DNA from: Camelus ferus
Lineage: Eukaryota
DNA length: 64,000 nucleotides
Direction of reading: 5' to 3'
Assembly: GCF_009834535.1 (NCBI RefSeq)
Contig: NC_045702.1
Location: 27,032,001-27,096,000 of the forward strand
The notes beneath the pieces are model-generated. The model was not told the origin of the DNA and made no database searches. It saw only the letters and a program-made list of their open reading frames with translations. Both the position numbers and the translations under genes were made by a program. This document shows, piece by piece, positions 48,700 to 61,495 of this stretch. How positions within the stretch are numbered: the stretch's first letter is position 1; the number at the start of each line of letters is the position of its first letter.

Positions 48700-50849
48700 T
48701 TAAGTATGGTTTGCCTATAATTTGGTGTGACACTAATTATATGGAATTTTGATCAGCATATTAACCAACTCCGGTGTCTTCCATGTCTATTAATTGACGG
48801 CTCACTTATCATTTCTAATGGTTTTAATATTACACATACACATTTTTCTGTTTTCTTATTTAAGTTAATGGAACGCATGCAGGAAGTTATTAAGCTCTGT
48901 GACCAACTCCCACGTTGGCTTAACTGTGAGGCATTAGCAAGAACATTTATTCATTCCATAAATAAAGACTGGCTGCATTTGAACTATATTCTATATTACA
49001 TAGATAATGTCATATGATAGTACATGTATGATATTATTACAAATGTATTGCATTACCATAACATCCATCCCTTTCCACTCCTCCTTGTCTGCTATAATAG
49101 TTCTCATTCTATGCCCTTTCTAGACAAGTTATTCATTCTTACAGAATCATAAACTCCTAAACTCTCTAAGCTTTGGAAGTGAAGTTAAAAGTCACCCAGT
49201 TCCTTCTTGTTTCTATTCACTATTTTCTCTGAAAGCAAAAACAAACTACCGCCACCACCAACAAAAACAACCACATCCTTTAAAAGTTCATAGGAATTGC
49301 ATGAGAACTGCGGGAGGAAGAGTCTATGAAGGAAAGAATAGCCTTTGCATAGTTAAGTATGAAAAAAATGTTTAGATTTAGGATATAAAACCTTTTAATC
49401 TGCATTAAAAAAAGGTTGACATTAGCTCACTTAGAGAAGAGACAAGTAGGCCAGCACGTGCAATGCACTTATGGTAAAGTGCTTGACAGTTGAGTGGAAA
49501 ATGGAGTGGGAGCTCTCAGGGATAAATATCCCAGACTTAGGGATATTACTAGTTGGCAAAAATTTAGCAGTGCACAACTCACCTAACAAAGTAAACAAAT
49601 TTTATCTCTTTCTTTTGAGCTGGCAGTGGTAGTGGTGAAATGGTGTTATGTAAGGTTTGAGCTTTATTAATTTGTTACAGCATGAATGTTTCTTAGGGAA
49701 GAGAGGCATTATGTATTACAATTATGCACAAGTATGCAAGGTATATTAATTTTGCTATTGTTAAAAGGAAAACGATTTCAGATACCATGTCATTCTAGGA
49801 ATCTATGCTCAATACTAAGTAAGTAAATGAAATGCAATTTGACTACAACTCCCTACTCAAAGATAAATTACTAGCCACAATCTTGGATCTCAGAGTACTG
49901 CTCAACCAATATTCTTAATCTGTATAACGAACCCAAATCCAAGTGTGACATTTTTACACTACTAAAAGGACCTAAATATTCAGTGTTCTTACTTTTTCTT
50001 TCTTTATGAATGAGTAGATAGATTTTCAGCCTTTGATGTAAGTAATACCGAAGCTAGCTAGCATCACACAGTTAGTTACATTTCAATTTAGCAGACTCCT
50101 ATCAGACATCTAATCGTTTCAGTCAGAAATACACTCACAATTGGTCTAATAGAGAGGATAGGAGAAATGTGTTCTGATCTATATTTCACCCCGGCTCATG
50201 GCCACGGTCCGCGGCTGCTAATTTGGTTTTTGACTCTTGTCATATTCCACTGAACCTTTCTGGGGAAATATCCTATGCACCTGGCTGTTAAAAACAGACA
50301 GAAACAGAAATGGGACTTGAGCTCCCAATCCTCTACTGCTGAAACAGAGCGCTGACTAATGATGATTTCCCTAACAATATTAGTGTTGTTAGACTCTCCC
50401 ATATCCTTTTGTTGAAGTTTTCTGGCACCAGGGAGCCAAGAATGAACATGGAGGACGTATTTAATGCTAAAAAGCTGTGCATCCACTAAAGACATTTCAA
50501 ATTCCAGAATGAAAGTATACGTAGCACTTCACTGTGAACCGAATTTAAATATGCCACTCATGGATGAAAACATGAATTCCATTTTACTTTCAAATACACA
50601 TCTTTGTAAGATTATAGTCAGCTAATAACTAAGCCGATTCCATTACAGAGGTATGACAAAGATGAAGTGCGGAGCCTCACTAACGAGAGGATCCAATTCA
50701 TCTATGTTTTGTGAATTACTCATGCTTGACATTTGAGGAATTTAGACCAATAAAACGCATCATGGATCAAAAGTTACTAAGTTTTCAATTTAATTTTCAA
50801 ATATAGGGGCTTCAGGTGGGGAGGGGTCCTTTGAGGTTGAGAGGAGCTT

Positions 50850-50899
50850 TGTGTGTGTGTGTTGTGTGTCTCTGTGTGTGTGTGTGTGTGTGTGTGTGT
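50850..50899 (+). repeat. Interrupted (TG)n microsatellite
   Basis: Seen directly. Confidence 0.95.
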
Positions 50900-52756
50900 C
50901 TGCACACTATATACATACAGATCTTCCCAGAATCTGCCATTATCATCGAGGGGCCATGTTTCCTAAGTAGGTTCTAATATGGAAACAAGTGGGATTTCAT
51001 GGTCAGCAGCATCCCCGCTTCCAGCCAGGGAATCAATGAAGAATAAGCCTGAAGCTGGGCCTGTATCCTATGCAATCTCATTATGACAGGTTTCGAGGAA
51101 ATCAATCTGGCGGCTGTTTATTGCACATTTCTCAGATAGATCACATTGAAATTCAGCCCTAAAGTTCCTCAACTCTCATCCCATAGAAAACAGCAACAGT
51201 GGAACCAATTCAATGTTCAAAACTACATAAATATGTAAATAAAACTGTAGCATAGAGATAGGCTTGTGGTTGCGACGGACTTTTAAATATCCATAAAAGC
51301 ATACAATTTCCTAAAAATATCCTGTAGAAAATTAAGTTTCTAAGTAGAAGTCAGCTGAATTTTTTTTTTCCCCAAAAAGGAATGTTACAAGTATAAATTA
51401 GGGAGTTTTCATGCAGATAATCAGTAGGAAGAACCATTACTGCACTACTGTCTGGCGGATGTGACAGACGTATATCACGGATAAGGTAATGTTATTAGGA
51501 AGAACACTCCTTAAACAGTGTTCAGATAAAGCCATGCTCGTTTCCCTATCTGCTTCAGAGAAAATTGTATTACAGTAGGGAGACTCCATTTGTTATTTTC
51601 CTTAAAGCTGCAAAGAAATTACTGTCTTTCTCTTATTTATCTATCTGTGAAATGAGAATGTAAGAGAGAATTAAGGAAAGTACTTAGTTACTATTTGCAA
51701 GGGATTTAAGTGGGAAAACAAAGGGAAAAGTCCTAACAGAGGATGCTGTCTTTCTGCACTCACGCAGAATTAACATTTTTCACATCCCAGTTACTAAACC
51801 TGCTCCATTCTCCCAGAGACCAATTAGTTTTAAACACACTTTTTCTTTAACAGAGGCCCGAAGCTTCCAGGTCCTCCCTTGATGAATGCCAGTTTGTATA
51901 TATATGCATAATTGTCATTTATCAACACTAATGTTAACAGTGAGCTTCGTTAAGTGGCTATTAAAAGTTCTCAGTAAGGCCTGATTTTTCATTACAAAAA
52001 TACTACAGAAGTACCTTTATGGATTTATGCTCCAGATGGTAGTACCATCTGGGAGCTAACTTTCATTGTCTAATTTTTTTTTTTTTTTTGCTACATTTAC
52101 ATGTATTAGGCATCAACATCCACTTCTGGTTACAATCATTCTCTTTCCTGAGTCAGAGCTTAGTACCCTGTGTTGTGTACAGCTTATTATGAAACTGATC
52201 TCAGGTGACAAAATGAAGGAAACAGATTGCGAATTTCATTCTGCTAATAATAGAACGCACAGAAAGAAGGCGACCTCCATTGACCGCTTCAGACGTGAGA
52301 TCAGCAGCATTTGTGCCCTGACGTATTTGCCTGAACTGCGCACCCTAAGCAGCCTGGGTCTGCCACCTTGTTCCCTGGTGAATGTAGACTTGCCAGATGG
52401 TTCTGATGAAACTTTATTTTCTTGAGAGGATGCATTTAAAGAACACCTGATGGCCTCCAAATGCACCGGAAATTAAACTGCTAAATTTTCTAGTAGATTG
52501 ATAGAAATGAGAATGAAATGGAGTGAACATTAACTACCATAGTGTGTAACCCTTTTCTTAGGGACACTGGGCCTATTCTAGTTCAGTCTTGAGGATCAAG
52601 CAACAGACGGATAGGCCAATCTCTTTTCTGCCACATATCACGACCAAGGTTTGACTTACTTTCAGTTGAAATGTCTTCCAGATGTAATTCTTCCTCCTCA
52701 GTCCCATGTAGCTAATCTATGTTATTCGTATCACATTGTCATCATCTTCTTCCCAC

Positions 52757-53255
52757 CGTACAGTAGCAGGCCCCCCAAATATGTCCACGTCCTAATCCTT
52801 GGTACTTCTTAATACGTTACCTTACATGGCAAAAGGGAATTTGGGGATGTGATCAAGGGTAAGATGCCGAGATGGGAAGATTATCCTGGATTATCCGTGT
52901 GGGCACAGTGTCACCACAAAGATCCTTCTAAGATGGAGGCAAAAAAGTCAAAGTCAAAAGAAGGGGATGGGATGATGGAAGCAGAGGCTGAAATGATGCG
53001 CTTTAAAGACAGACAAGGGATCAGGAGCCAATGGATGGAAGCAGACTCTAGAAGCAAGAAAAGACAAGGGAACGGATTCCGCCCTGGAGCCTCCAGAAGA
53101 ACACAGCACCTACAGGCACCTTGATTTTAGCCCCATAATGCTCGTTGCTCATTCAAGGCTCCTGGCCTTGAAAACTGTAAGGAGGTAAATTAGTGTTGTT
53201 TTAAGCACAGAGTATGGAGCAATTCCTTACAGCAGTGATAAGAGAGCAATGCACA
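52757..53255 (+). mobile_element. MaLR solo LTR (MLT1D-like)
   Basis: ccccccaaatatgtccacgtcctaatcc…gttaccttacatggcaaaaggga…gattatcctggattatc…gagcctccagaag…aactgtaag…tgttgttttaagc. Confidence 0.9.
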
Positions 53256-53549
53256 TGACCTTTGTGTCTGTGGGCTCAAGAACTGTTTTCACAGAATCTT
53301 GAATTATTTTACTACCAAAATAATCTGCAGAGAGGGGCAATTTGTGACTGAGGAAGAGTAAGGAAGCTTTGCTATAACAATGGTCTTGAGAAGGTAAGAA
53401 TGGCTGGAATCCAGGACACAAGTGGAGGGATTGTCTTCAGCTAGAAACAAAGATAATTGGCTTCATTTTTAAAATATCTAATGCTAAGAACATCGCCGTT
53501 TTTCTCCAAACCCTGTGCACAGTAAGTATTACTCTTCATTGTTTCCTTG

Positions 53550-54520
53550 GTTTGTTTTCCTCCATCACTGAATGGTCTTATTCCCAGTGATCCCATCAAC
53601 TGACAGCTTCTCTTTCCCCATTGGATCTCTCAGTATGCAGTCTCCTCCTCTTCTAACTGCAGATATGCTTATTGATTGCTTAATTAGAATGAATGCCTTC
53701 TAGAGCAATGGTTCTCAACTGCGGATGGATTTGGCCCTGGGAGGCATTTGGCAAGGCTTGGAGATAGTCATCTTGTCACAACTTGCTGGCAACCAGTGAG
53801 TAAGCTCAGGGATGGCTACTAAATATCTTATGACGCACAGACCAGCTCCCCATAGCAAAGTTACACATCCCCAAATGTCTACTGGCTGTAGAGAAACCCT
53901 GTTTGAGAAGATACATCTTTAACTCATGTTATAACACTCACTCTCCTCTGAGCCAAGCTTCTTGGAAGCGGCGTCTCCACTCATATTTTCTCTGCTGTTT
54001 ACTTCCCATTACTCCTTTGCTACAGCACGTTGTGTTCAACTCCTGTGCCCTCATGCTCTCTTTTGGGATGCCTCCTTCAAATCGCTGACTGGAAATACCA
54101 CCAACTCACAACTGATGCTCACGTCCTTATATTTAGTCAGTTCTAGCTCCAAACCTCAGACAAATAGGTCTAACTAACTGCTAGGCATCTCCACTTCTTC
54201 CCTGCAAACACATCAAACTGAACACATACAAACTGATCTCATCAGTTCAACACGGACACTTACTCTTCCTCTTGCATATACCTCTTTCTTCCCCTCTTTG
54301 ATATTTTGTTTCTCTCTTCCTGGTCCTCTCATGAGCCCCATCCACTTACCTGGCAAATATGCCTGTAATCTGTTCAAGTTTCTTCATGGAAATCTTTCTT
54401 GATACCTCCAGCTGCTGAGAGCTGAGTCAGAGGCCTTTCCTCTGCACTAATTCTCTACATCTCATAGTATCTTCCTTTTGATACATCAATTACACAGTTT
54501 TGCATACAGCATTAGCCTTT
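53550..54520 (+). mobile_element. L2 LINE fragment interrupted by MER20
   Basis: ctagctccaaacctcagac…taactgctaggcatctccactt…acatcaaactgaac is a diagnostic L2 segment. Confidence 0.6.
53706..53901 (+). mobile_element. MER20 (hAT-Charlie MITE)
   Basis: caatggttctcaac…ggcatttggcaaggcttggaga…gtcacaac…cagggatggctactaaatatc…gagaaaccctg; both termini present. Confidence 0.85.
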
Positions 54521-54734
54521 AGCTACAAAGGAATTAAAGTCTGTGAAACTGCTTAATATTTCCCCAGAAGAATCCAAGATGGGTATTACTTGACTGTTTT
54601 GATACAACTACACTGGACTGTCCCAGCTTCCTTCACAACATGAGCTAAACTTTAATGTCCTGTGTCTCTGTCCTTTCTCTCCCAAATGCTCGTGTTCAAC
54701 CTTAGATCTGTAAAAAAAAAAGACTCTAAGTCAG

Positions 54735-55303
54735 TGTGCAGAATTCCAGAATGGCCCCCGTGACCTTTGCTCCCTGATGTTACTCTAGTGATTATATTTA
54801 CCTTACATGGCAAGAGGGATTTTGCCCTTCTAATTAAGATTACTAACCAGTTAATTTTAAAATAAAGAGATTTTGTAGATAGGTTTAATCTAATTATGTG
54901 AGTTGTGGAAAAGCAATGAGTTTTCTCGTGCTGGGAGCAGAAGGGAAAATCAGAAATACCTGAAGCATGAGATCTTCAAATGCCATCTCTGGGTTTGAAG
55001 ATGGATGAAACCCCATGAGGAAGTAGGCAGGTGGCCTCCAGGAGCAGACAGTGTCCCCCTGGCCCACAGCCAACTGGGTGCAGCCAACAACCTGAGTGAG
55101 CTTGGAGGCAGATTCCTTCCCAGAGCCCCTAGGTAAGAGCTGAACTTAGCTGACATCTTGATTTCAGCCTTGTGAGATCCAGAGCAGAAAACCCAGGTAA
55201 ACCCATTTGAACTTCAAACGTACAGAACTGTAAGATAATAAACAGTTGTTTTAAGCTGCTAATTTCGTGGCAATTTTCTAGGCAGCAATAAAAAACTAAC
55301 GCC
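54735..55303 (+). mobile_element. MaLR solo LTR (MLT1D/E-like)
   Basis: gcagaattccagaatggccccc…ttaccttacatggcaagaggga…aacaacctgagtgagcttggaggcagattcc…cagaactgtaagataataaa…gcagcaataaaaaactaac. Confidence 0.88.
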
Positions 55304-58300
55304 CTAAGCAAGCCCCAGCTCTCCCTTGATCTCAGTGAATGAATCACTCCTTCTATACTACAGTTCAAACAACTCTTACGATTCCTACACGTATCTGCTT
55401 CCTCAACCACTAGCTTTTAAGTCTCCTAAAGGCAGGCATTGTATATGATTCACATACTATCTAAGGAATAAATAAACAAATGAGAGAAAAAATTTTATGT
55501 GACAAATAATTAGTCACACTATTGGTTTGGCTCTGTGGAGTGAGTGTTTTATAACCTTAACTAGGCAAATCAAACCATCCAACTACCTTGCAGGAATGGA
55601 CTCAGCCAGTGCCAGGACCCCTGACAACCCAATTTGATACAGCAGTGTGGTCTAATTGACAGCTTGGGGAAAACCAGGCAGTTCTGTGACATGCTATGAG
55701 GGTGGCTCAGTACATACTCTTTTTGAAAGGAAAAGGCTCAACTGCAAGGGAAAGAAATGATAAACTTTGCATTACCTAAGGCATTAAGTCAGGGTACACC
55801 ACTACAGTATACATGCTTCAATTCTTACACTTCAAGAATAGACTGGCATTATTTTCTACATGCAAAGATTCCACTCGTGTGGTAAAAAGTCCTGCCCATG
55901 ACCAGCAGTCCTTTTCTTGGAGTAATATAATCAGCAGGGTCACCTTCAATTTTTGATAAACCAAGATACAAATGGTAACAGAGGTTGCAATCAAAGATGA
56001 CTCCTTTGTTTCTTTCTGCAAATCAAATACTGTGGCTCCTGGTAAATTCAACCTATAATTTACAACCCAGGAGTAAAGAGAGAAGACTGACAGCTGAGTG
56101 ATTTTGTTTAAACGATATAGAATAGCCACTTTAAAGAATGTGTCTCTCATTTCAGACTAGGTCTTAGCAAAATGGGAAAGAACTAGATAGAGTGACCCAG
56201 AAATGTAGAGGAATTCTGCTTAACACAGCATACTTACTACCTGTAATACTTCGCAATACAAAGTAACTTGAAGAATAAAAATAAACAATTAATACTCATT
56301 TACACACCTATGTATCTGACTTTATAGATTACAAATGTGAAAAATAAAACCCTAAAATAAACTTAAAGGAGAGCACTTTAAGTTAAGAAATATCACTTGC
56401 ATTTACTTTGAGAGATTTATTTAATATATCCTTCCAGATTATACCGTTACAATTGAAAAAGAAGGATATAATGAATCCTCTGTCTTGAAGCATACAATAT
56501 ATTGCCAAAGGTTAAAATTAAGTCATGATTTAATTATCTTGACCTGTCTGGGGGAAGATTACATTAAAAAAGTGGATACCAGAACAAAGTAGTAAGTTAC
56601 ATGCTCCTTTCACTGATCACAGGACTTCACAGGCGAACAAATAAGCTTATGGGCTAAGCTTTGAGATTCTGTGATTTGTAGCTAGTAGCAACATGACCTA
56701 TCTTGGTTGACATCCAGACGGTAAGAAAGTAAGTATGGGTGAAGAATAGATAAATAGAAAACAGGATTAAAGCAGAGCAACAAACAAGTGTACCCAGTTA
56801 TTTATTTTTAGTTTCAATAGGTGTCCACTCCACTGAAGAACTGAAAATCAATTATAGTGGTATGGTCTTGTATTATGATTTTTATTTGAAAAGTTCACTT
56901 TTTCCTCTCTTGTGCCTTTCTACTATATTCTATACTATATTACAGTTTATTCTAACTATATTCTTGTTTTATTTTTTTCTTGGAAAAGGGCAATACATGG
57001 TATGATAAAATAGGAATTATTATCACTTAATACAGAATAAAGTAACAAGGTAGACGGTTATTTAAGCCAACAAGAGAAAGGGCTCAAGGCAGAGAGTACA
57101 CACTCTCCTATTTTTCTATAATGGTATATTTTCAAAAGCATTTTAGGGGTTTAATATAGTCATAAGCATTATTCTATTAAAACAGCATTATTAGAAATAG
57201 AAATATTTCTTCCTGGCCAGACACCCATTACAGTTAGGGTCTTTACTGTCTGTGTTCTTTAAAATGCTCAGTTACCTGCAAATTTATTCTCAACCAGGCA
57301 AAGCAGAATGAATCTCGAAATCTAGAATTTATTCAAGAGAAGAATAGTAAGCATTCGTATCAGGCTTTCCTCTTTTAAGAGGATGATACTCTATTTGTAC
57401 TAATTTTATCAGATTTAATAACTTTGTTTATAGGATTTCACTCCAGATAGCAAATTTTAAGTATCTGCTAAAGATCTTAACTCTCTAGATCACTGCATAC
57501 AAAAACAAAAAAACAAACAAAAAAACTCCACTTTTTTTTCCTTGATATTTTTGGTCCATTACATTTTTGAGTGTGCTAAGGAAATGATATTAATGAAATT
57601 ACTTGTAAAGAGAGTAATTAATACTAAAAATCTATTAGCATCTTCTTACACATCCTATGCCATTATGAGAAGAACCTAACTTTATATTTTATTTCTGATG
57701 TTTGAAATATCCTAAATGCCTTAATTTCCATTTGGATTGATGAAAATAATTGCCTTTTTTGGTTGTTTTTAAAGAGGAATACAAGTAAGGATCCAAGTAC
57801 ATTTCTTGAGTACATTTTAACATGTCTTGAATTTACTAAGCATATCCACTGATTTGTTAGATCTGCAGTGGAAAGCTACAAGTACAGGAGTGGGAAGATT
57901 ATGATTTTAGAAAGGTGACAAAAGCAGAATTAAATGAGGGCAGAAATCTGTTTTTTTTTTTTTAAAAACAAAAATAGCACTCTATATTGCAGAAATAACA
58001 CAATTTCCATTAATCTACATACATATTTATAGTCTTCGTTGAAAAAGCATCCTGAACCTCTTAGAAAACTCTTGATAGTTAGTAGAAGTCTCTGTCAATT
58101 ATCTCACTTCAAATGGCAACACAAGTATTTAGCAGTCTCCCCAAATATCTAAAACCATACACGTGGCAAAAAGAATAACATGAATGGAAAGGGAACAAAG
58201 AAACAGAGCCAAGTGGGTTTGAACAGGGCATTGATGAAAGAATCTGTACATCTTAAAGGTGAAACAGGAGTACCAGGTGTTGGCGGGCAGGGCACGGTAG

Positions 58301-59279
58301 CAAAATATCTGAAACACCCAGCTGCTTGAAGATAACAGCAGTAATGGAAGAAATGTTGTTTGGTTTTTTTTTAATCTGAGAAAAAAAATGTAATTATAAT
58401 TTACTCTAGGAGCCCTAGTGAAAAAGCATCCGCTTTTGTGAATGTTTTCCACGAAGAGGACAGAAGTGAGTGACCTCAGTGGCAGCTGACAAACCACGGA
58501 GGCTAATTAGCTGCTATCCTGTCAATAGGTACAAGTCATCGTAGGAGCTGGAGGGGCAGAAGGTGCTAATGATGCCATAACCACAACCAAGGAGGCTTGC
58601 GGCAGCGCACTGACTCCTGTGGATTTTGGCATCCAGGAACAAGGAAGGTGCTGGGTGACAGCAGAACAAAAGTCAGACGTTAGGTTTAACAATAAAGCAT
58701 GAAGTAGAACTTTTTTCCAAGCAATATATCAAAGCAGTTTAAAAGAAAAACATGTCCCTTAACTATCTGGGAAGGTATTAATTTTTTCTAATAGTCTATA
58801 AGAAAAAGAATTACTTGTCTTGGTTGAATTTGTAAAGAAGAGTGTCAAGCCTCTTAAATCTTTTAGTATTCTATGTGCTTGTTTTTGTTTAGACTGAAAG
58901 AAAGTGGTCAGGGGAAGGCTGAACCCTCAAATTAGGGTGATTGCCTCGAGTTTCTCCTTAGCCTGTAAAATACAATCAGCATCAGTATATAAATGCCCCT
59001 GATACTTCCACAGGCTGTTCTTAGCTTTTATTTTTTGTAACTTACCTCCCTTCAGTGTGCTCAAAATGGGTAATTGCTTCTGTGGTTTATATTCTAGATT
59101 CTAATTACAAATGTTAAAATAAAAAACAAAAGATCTTGGTGATGAAACAAATTCTCTTAAGTTTTTCAGTAAGTTAAGGATGCCTTTGGGGGCTGAGAAT
59201 AAAACTGGAATGATGAAAGAGGAGACAGGATGCATGAAGAGACATTTGCAATCGGATGCAGGAAAGTGGAAAAAGAATC

Positions 59280-59490
59280 ATTTCTGGAGTCAGGCTGATA
59301 TGAGTTTGGATGTAAGCTCCATCACTAGATAGCTGACTGTGGGCACACTGCCTATTTTTGTCCAACTTCAGTTTTCTAGACTGTAGTATGGGGATAATAA
59401 TGTAGAGCTCTAATATTGTTGTTCGAATTAAATTACATTACAGCTTTGAAAGCTCCTAAAGGGTGCCTGGTCTATAGTCCTCATTTAATA
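59280..59490 (+). mobile_element. MIR SINE
   Basis: ttctggagtcagg…ctccatcactagatagctgactgtgggc…cttcagttttctagactgtagtatggggataataat. Confidence 0.65.
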
Positions 59491-59970
59491 AAATTCTCTA
59501 AGGAGAGCTCAACTAAATCTACGCAGAGATAACAATTTTATGCTTAGTTATGGAGGAAGTTGGTGGCCTCGGACAAACTTAGGAAAAGGATTTCCCTCTT
59601 CCTGAGTTTGAACAAGGGAAACATTCTCTTCTAATGAGGAGCATTTATGTTTCTGCCTAGATTAACTTCTAGGATAAGAAGCATTATCAGAGAGAAGCAA
59701 AAGGAAGGAGGCATTGAAAGAGAAACAAGTAGAAAACACAGTCTCAGTTTATTAATTGCACTATTTCCTTGCTCTTTTATCTTTGATATTTGGAGGACAA
59801 GAAAAGCTGGCATTTATCTGGGAGAGCAGGAGGATTCTTGGACAGTGAGTTGATGTTCAAATAAATCTAAAATTAAATTACTAGGTATATGAATTCTAAG
59901 ACACAAAAAGAAAAAGTTATGGCAGAAAGGGAAATGTGTATGTGTTTTTACCCTTCAACTGGGGTCTTTA

Positions 59971-60790
59971 CTCAATCATCTATTTGACAAATACTTTTGA
60001 GTATTTACTTTTTGTTTTTTAGGCACTACAGATGGAGTACTAACCAGATAGACAAAAGTACTTGCTCTCATGGAGCTTACATTCTTGGTTAGGAGGCATA
60101 CAAATTGTATACAAAATAAAGAAACAAACTACATAAAACATTAGACAGCGATAACTGCTATAGAAAAACTGTAAAGCAAGGAAATGAGATGGGGAGTGAC
60201 ACGTTAAGGGTGGGCATAGTCACTGAATTTTTAAACAGGGTGTTCAGAGAACCATTCACTAACAAGAGATAAGTGAGGGAAGACAAAAGGAAGTAAAAGA
60301 ACATGCTAAGCAGACAATTTAGAGGAGAGCACTCTAAGAAGAGGGAACAAACAAGAAGAATGTGAGATCAAGCACCCAAGGCAGGAACATACCTCCTTCA
60401 CTGGGAGAACAGCCAGGAGGAAGTAGGGTTAGAGTACAGGAATGAGAGAGAAAGTAGCCAGAGCAGCAGTGGTGAAGTTGACAGGCCATGTCTTATAGGC
60501 CACTCTAAGTATCAGGAATTTTCTTCTGGGAGAGATTGAGAGCCACTGGGAGGTTCTGAGGGACATGATCTGACTTCCATTTTCATTGGTTCATATTTGG
60601 CTGCTTTGTTTTGCAAAGACAATATGAGTTAGGAAATTAATAATAATAATAATAATATTTTTCTGGGTACTAACTGAAGGAAGAGTCAACAGGATTTGCT
60701 GATGGATCAGGTACAAGGTGTGAGAGAAAGAGAAGAATCGATGAAAATCCAAGGGTTTTCTATGTAGAAAGAATGCTGCATTCATTTTCT
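59971..60790 (-). mobile_element. L2 LINE 3' fragment (~0.8 kb)
   Basis: tcaatcatctatttgacaaatacttttgag tail; cttgctctcatggagcttacattct; gagccactgggaggttctgagggacatgatctgact; caacaggatttgctgatggat. Confidence 0.8.
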
Positions 60791-61029
60791 TGATTTAAAG
60801 TTAATAACAGGACAATTCGCAAATAATTCTCGCATATAGTTTCATCTTGTCAGTCTGCAGTTCTCATTTTTATAGTCCCCTTGCTCCTATCACTTAAGAT
60901 TCAAATTTTCCATTTGCCATCACCCTAACTAGACTCTGTTCCTCTTGAAAACAAAGAACACGAATTATTCATTTTCACTTTCTCAGGGCTGGTACAGGAC
61001 CTGACACACACTGTGTGGTTATAGGTGGG

Positions 61030-61495
61030 CATAGAATAATGCACACTTCTATTCATTTTGGCCTCCTAGCATCTGAATCCATTTCTAGGTTGTGGGAACT
61101 CCTTTGTCTAATGAGTCTCGGATGATAATCAAAACTGTGTGAGTTGCAGAAGGTAAACCTGTTAAATATTTGCTTCCCTGGCCTCCCTTCTCCTGGGCCC
61201 AGACTTGTGACATGGGGTTCTCCTGGCAGAGATAGCCATGGAGAACACAGCCCGGAGAGTTAGCACACAGGATGCAGGGGACAGTTAGCATATCCTTTTC
61301 TCAACTGCCCTTTCCTTATCAGACTGGTTCTGAGGTATGATTTTGGATGTAATTTTTGACTCCTTAGGCCTATGCTTGGTTCCTCTTAACTCCTCAACTA
61401 TACTATGAATTACCCAATATCCCTTTATAACCTACTTCTGCTTAAATAGCCATCCTTGGCTTTGTTATTTGGAATAAAGAATCTTCACCAATGTA
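61030..61495 (+). mobile_element. ERVL solo LTR (LTR33-like)
   Basis: tggttctgaggtatgattttggatg…tgaattacccaatatcccttt…ttctgcttaaatagcc…aagaatc 3' end. Confidence 0.6.

Noticed and set aside
50200-50220. REST/NRSE-like motif (ccacggtccgcggc)
   Set aside because: Only the right half resembles the consensus (11/14) and the left half-site is poor.
52757-55303. Intact MaLR provirus (two same-orientation LTRs about 1.5 kb apart)
   Set aside because: The two LTRs differ in length and subtype, and the spacer is L2 plus MER20 rather than MLT-internal sequence; these are two independent solo LTRs.
58258-58293. Collagen-like Gly-X-Y run (GETGVPGVGGQG)
   Set aside because: Only about 4 triplets, no flanking splice sites, and the frame ends shortly after; chance.
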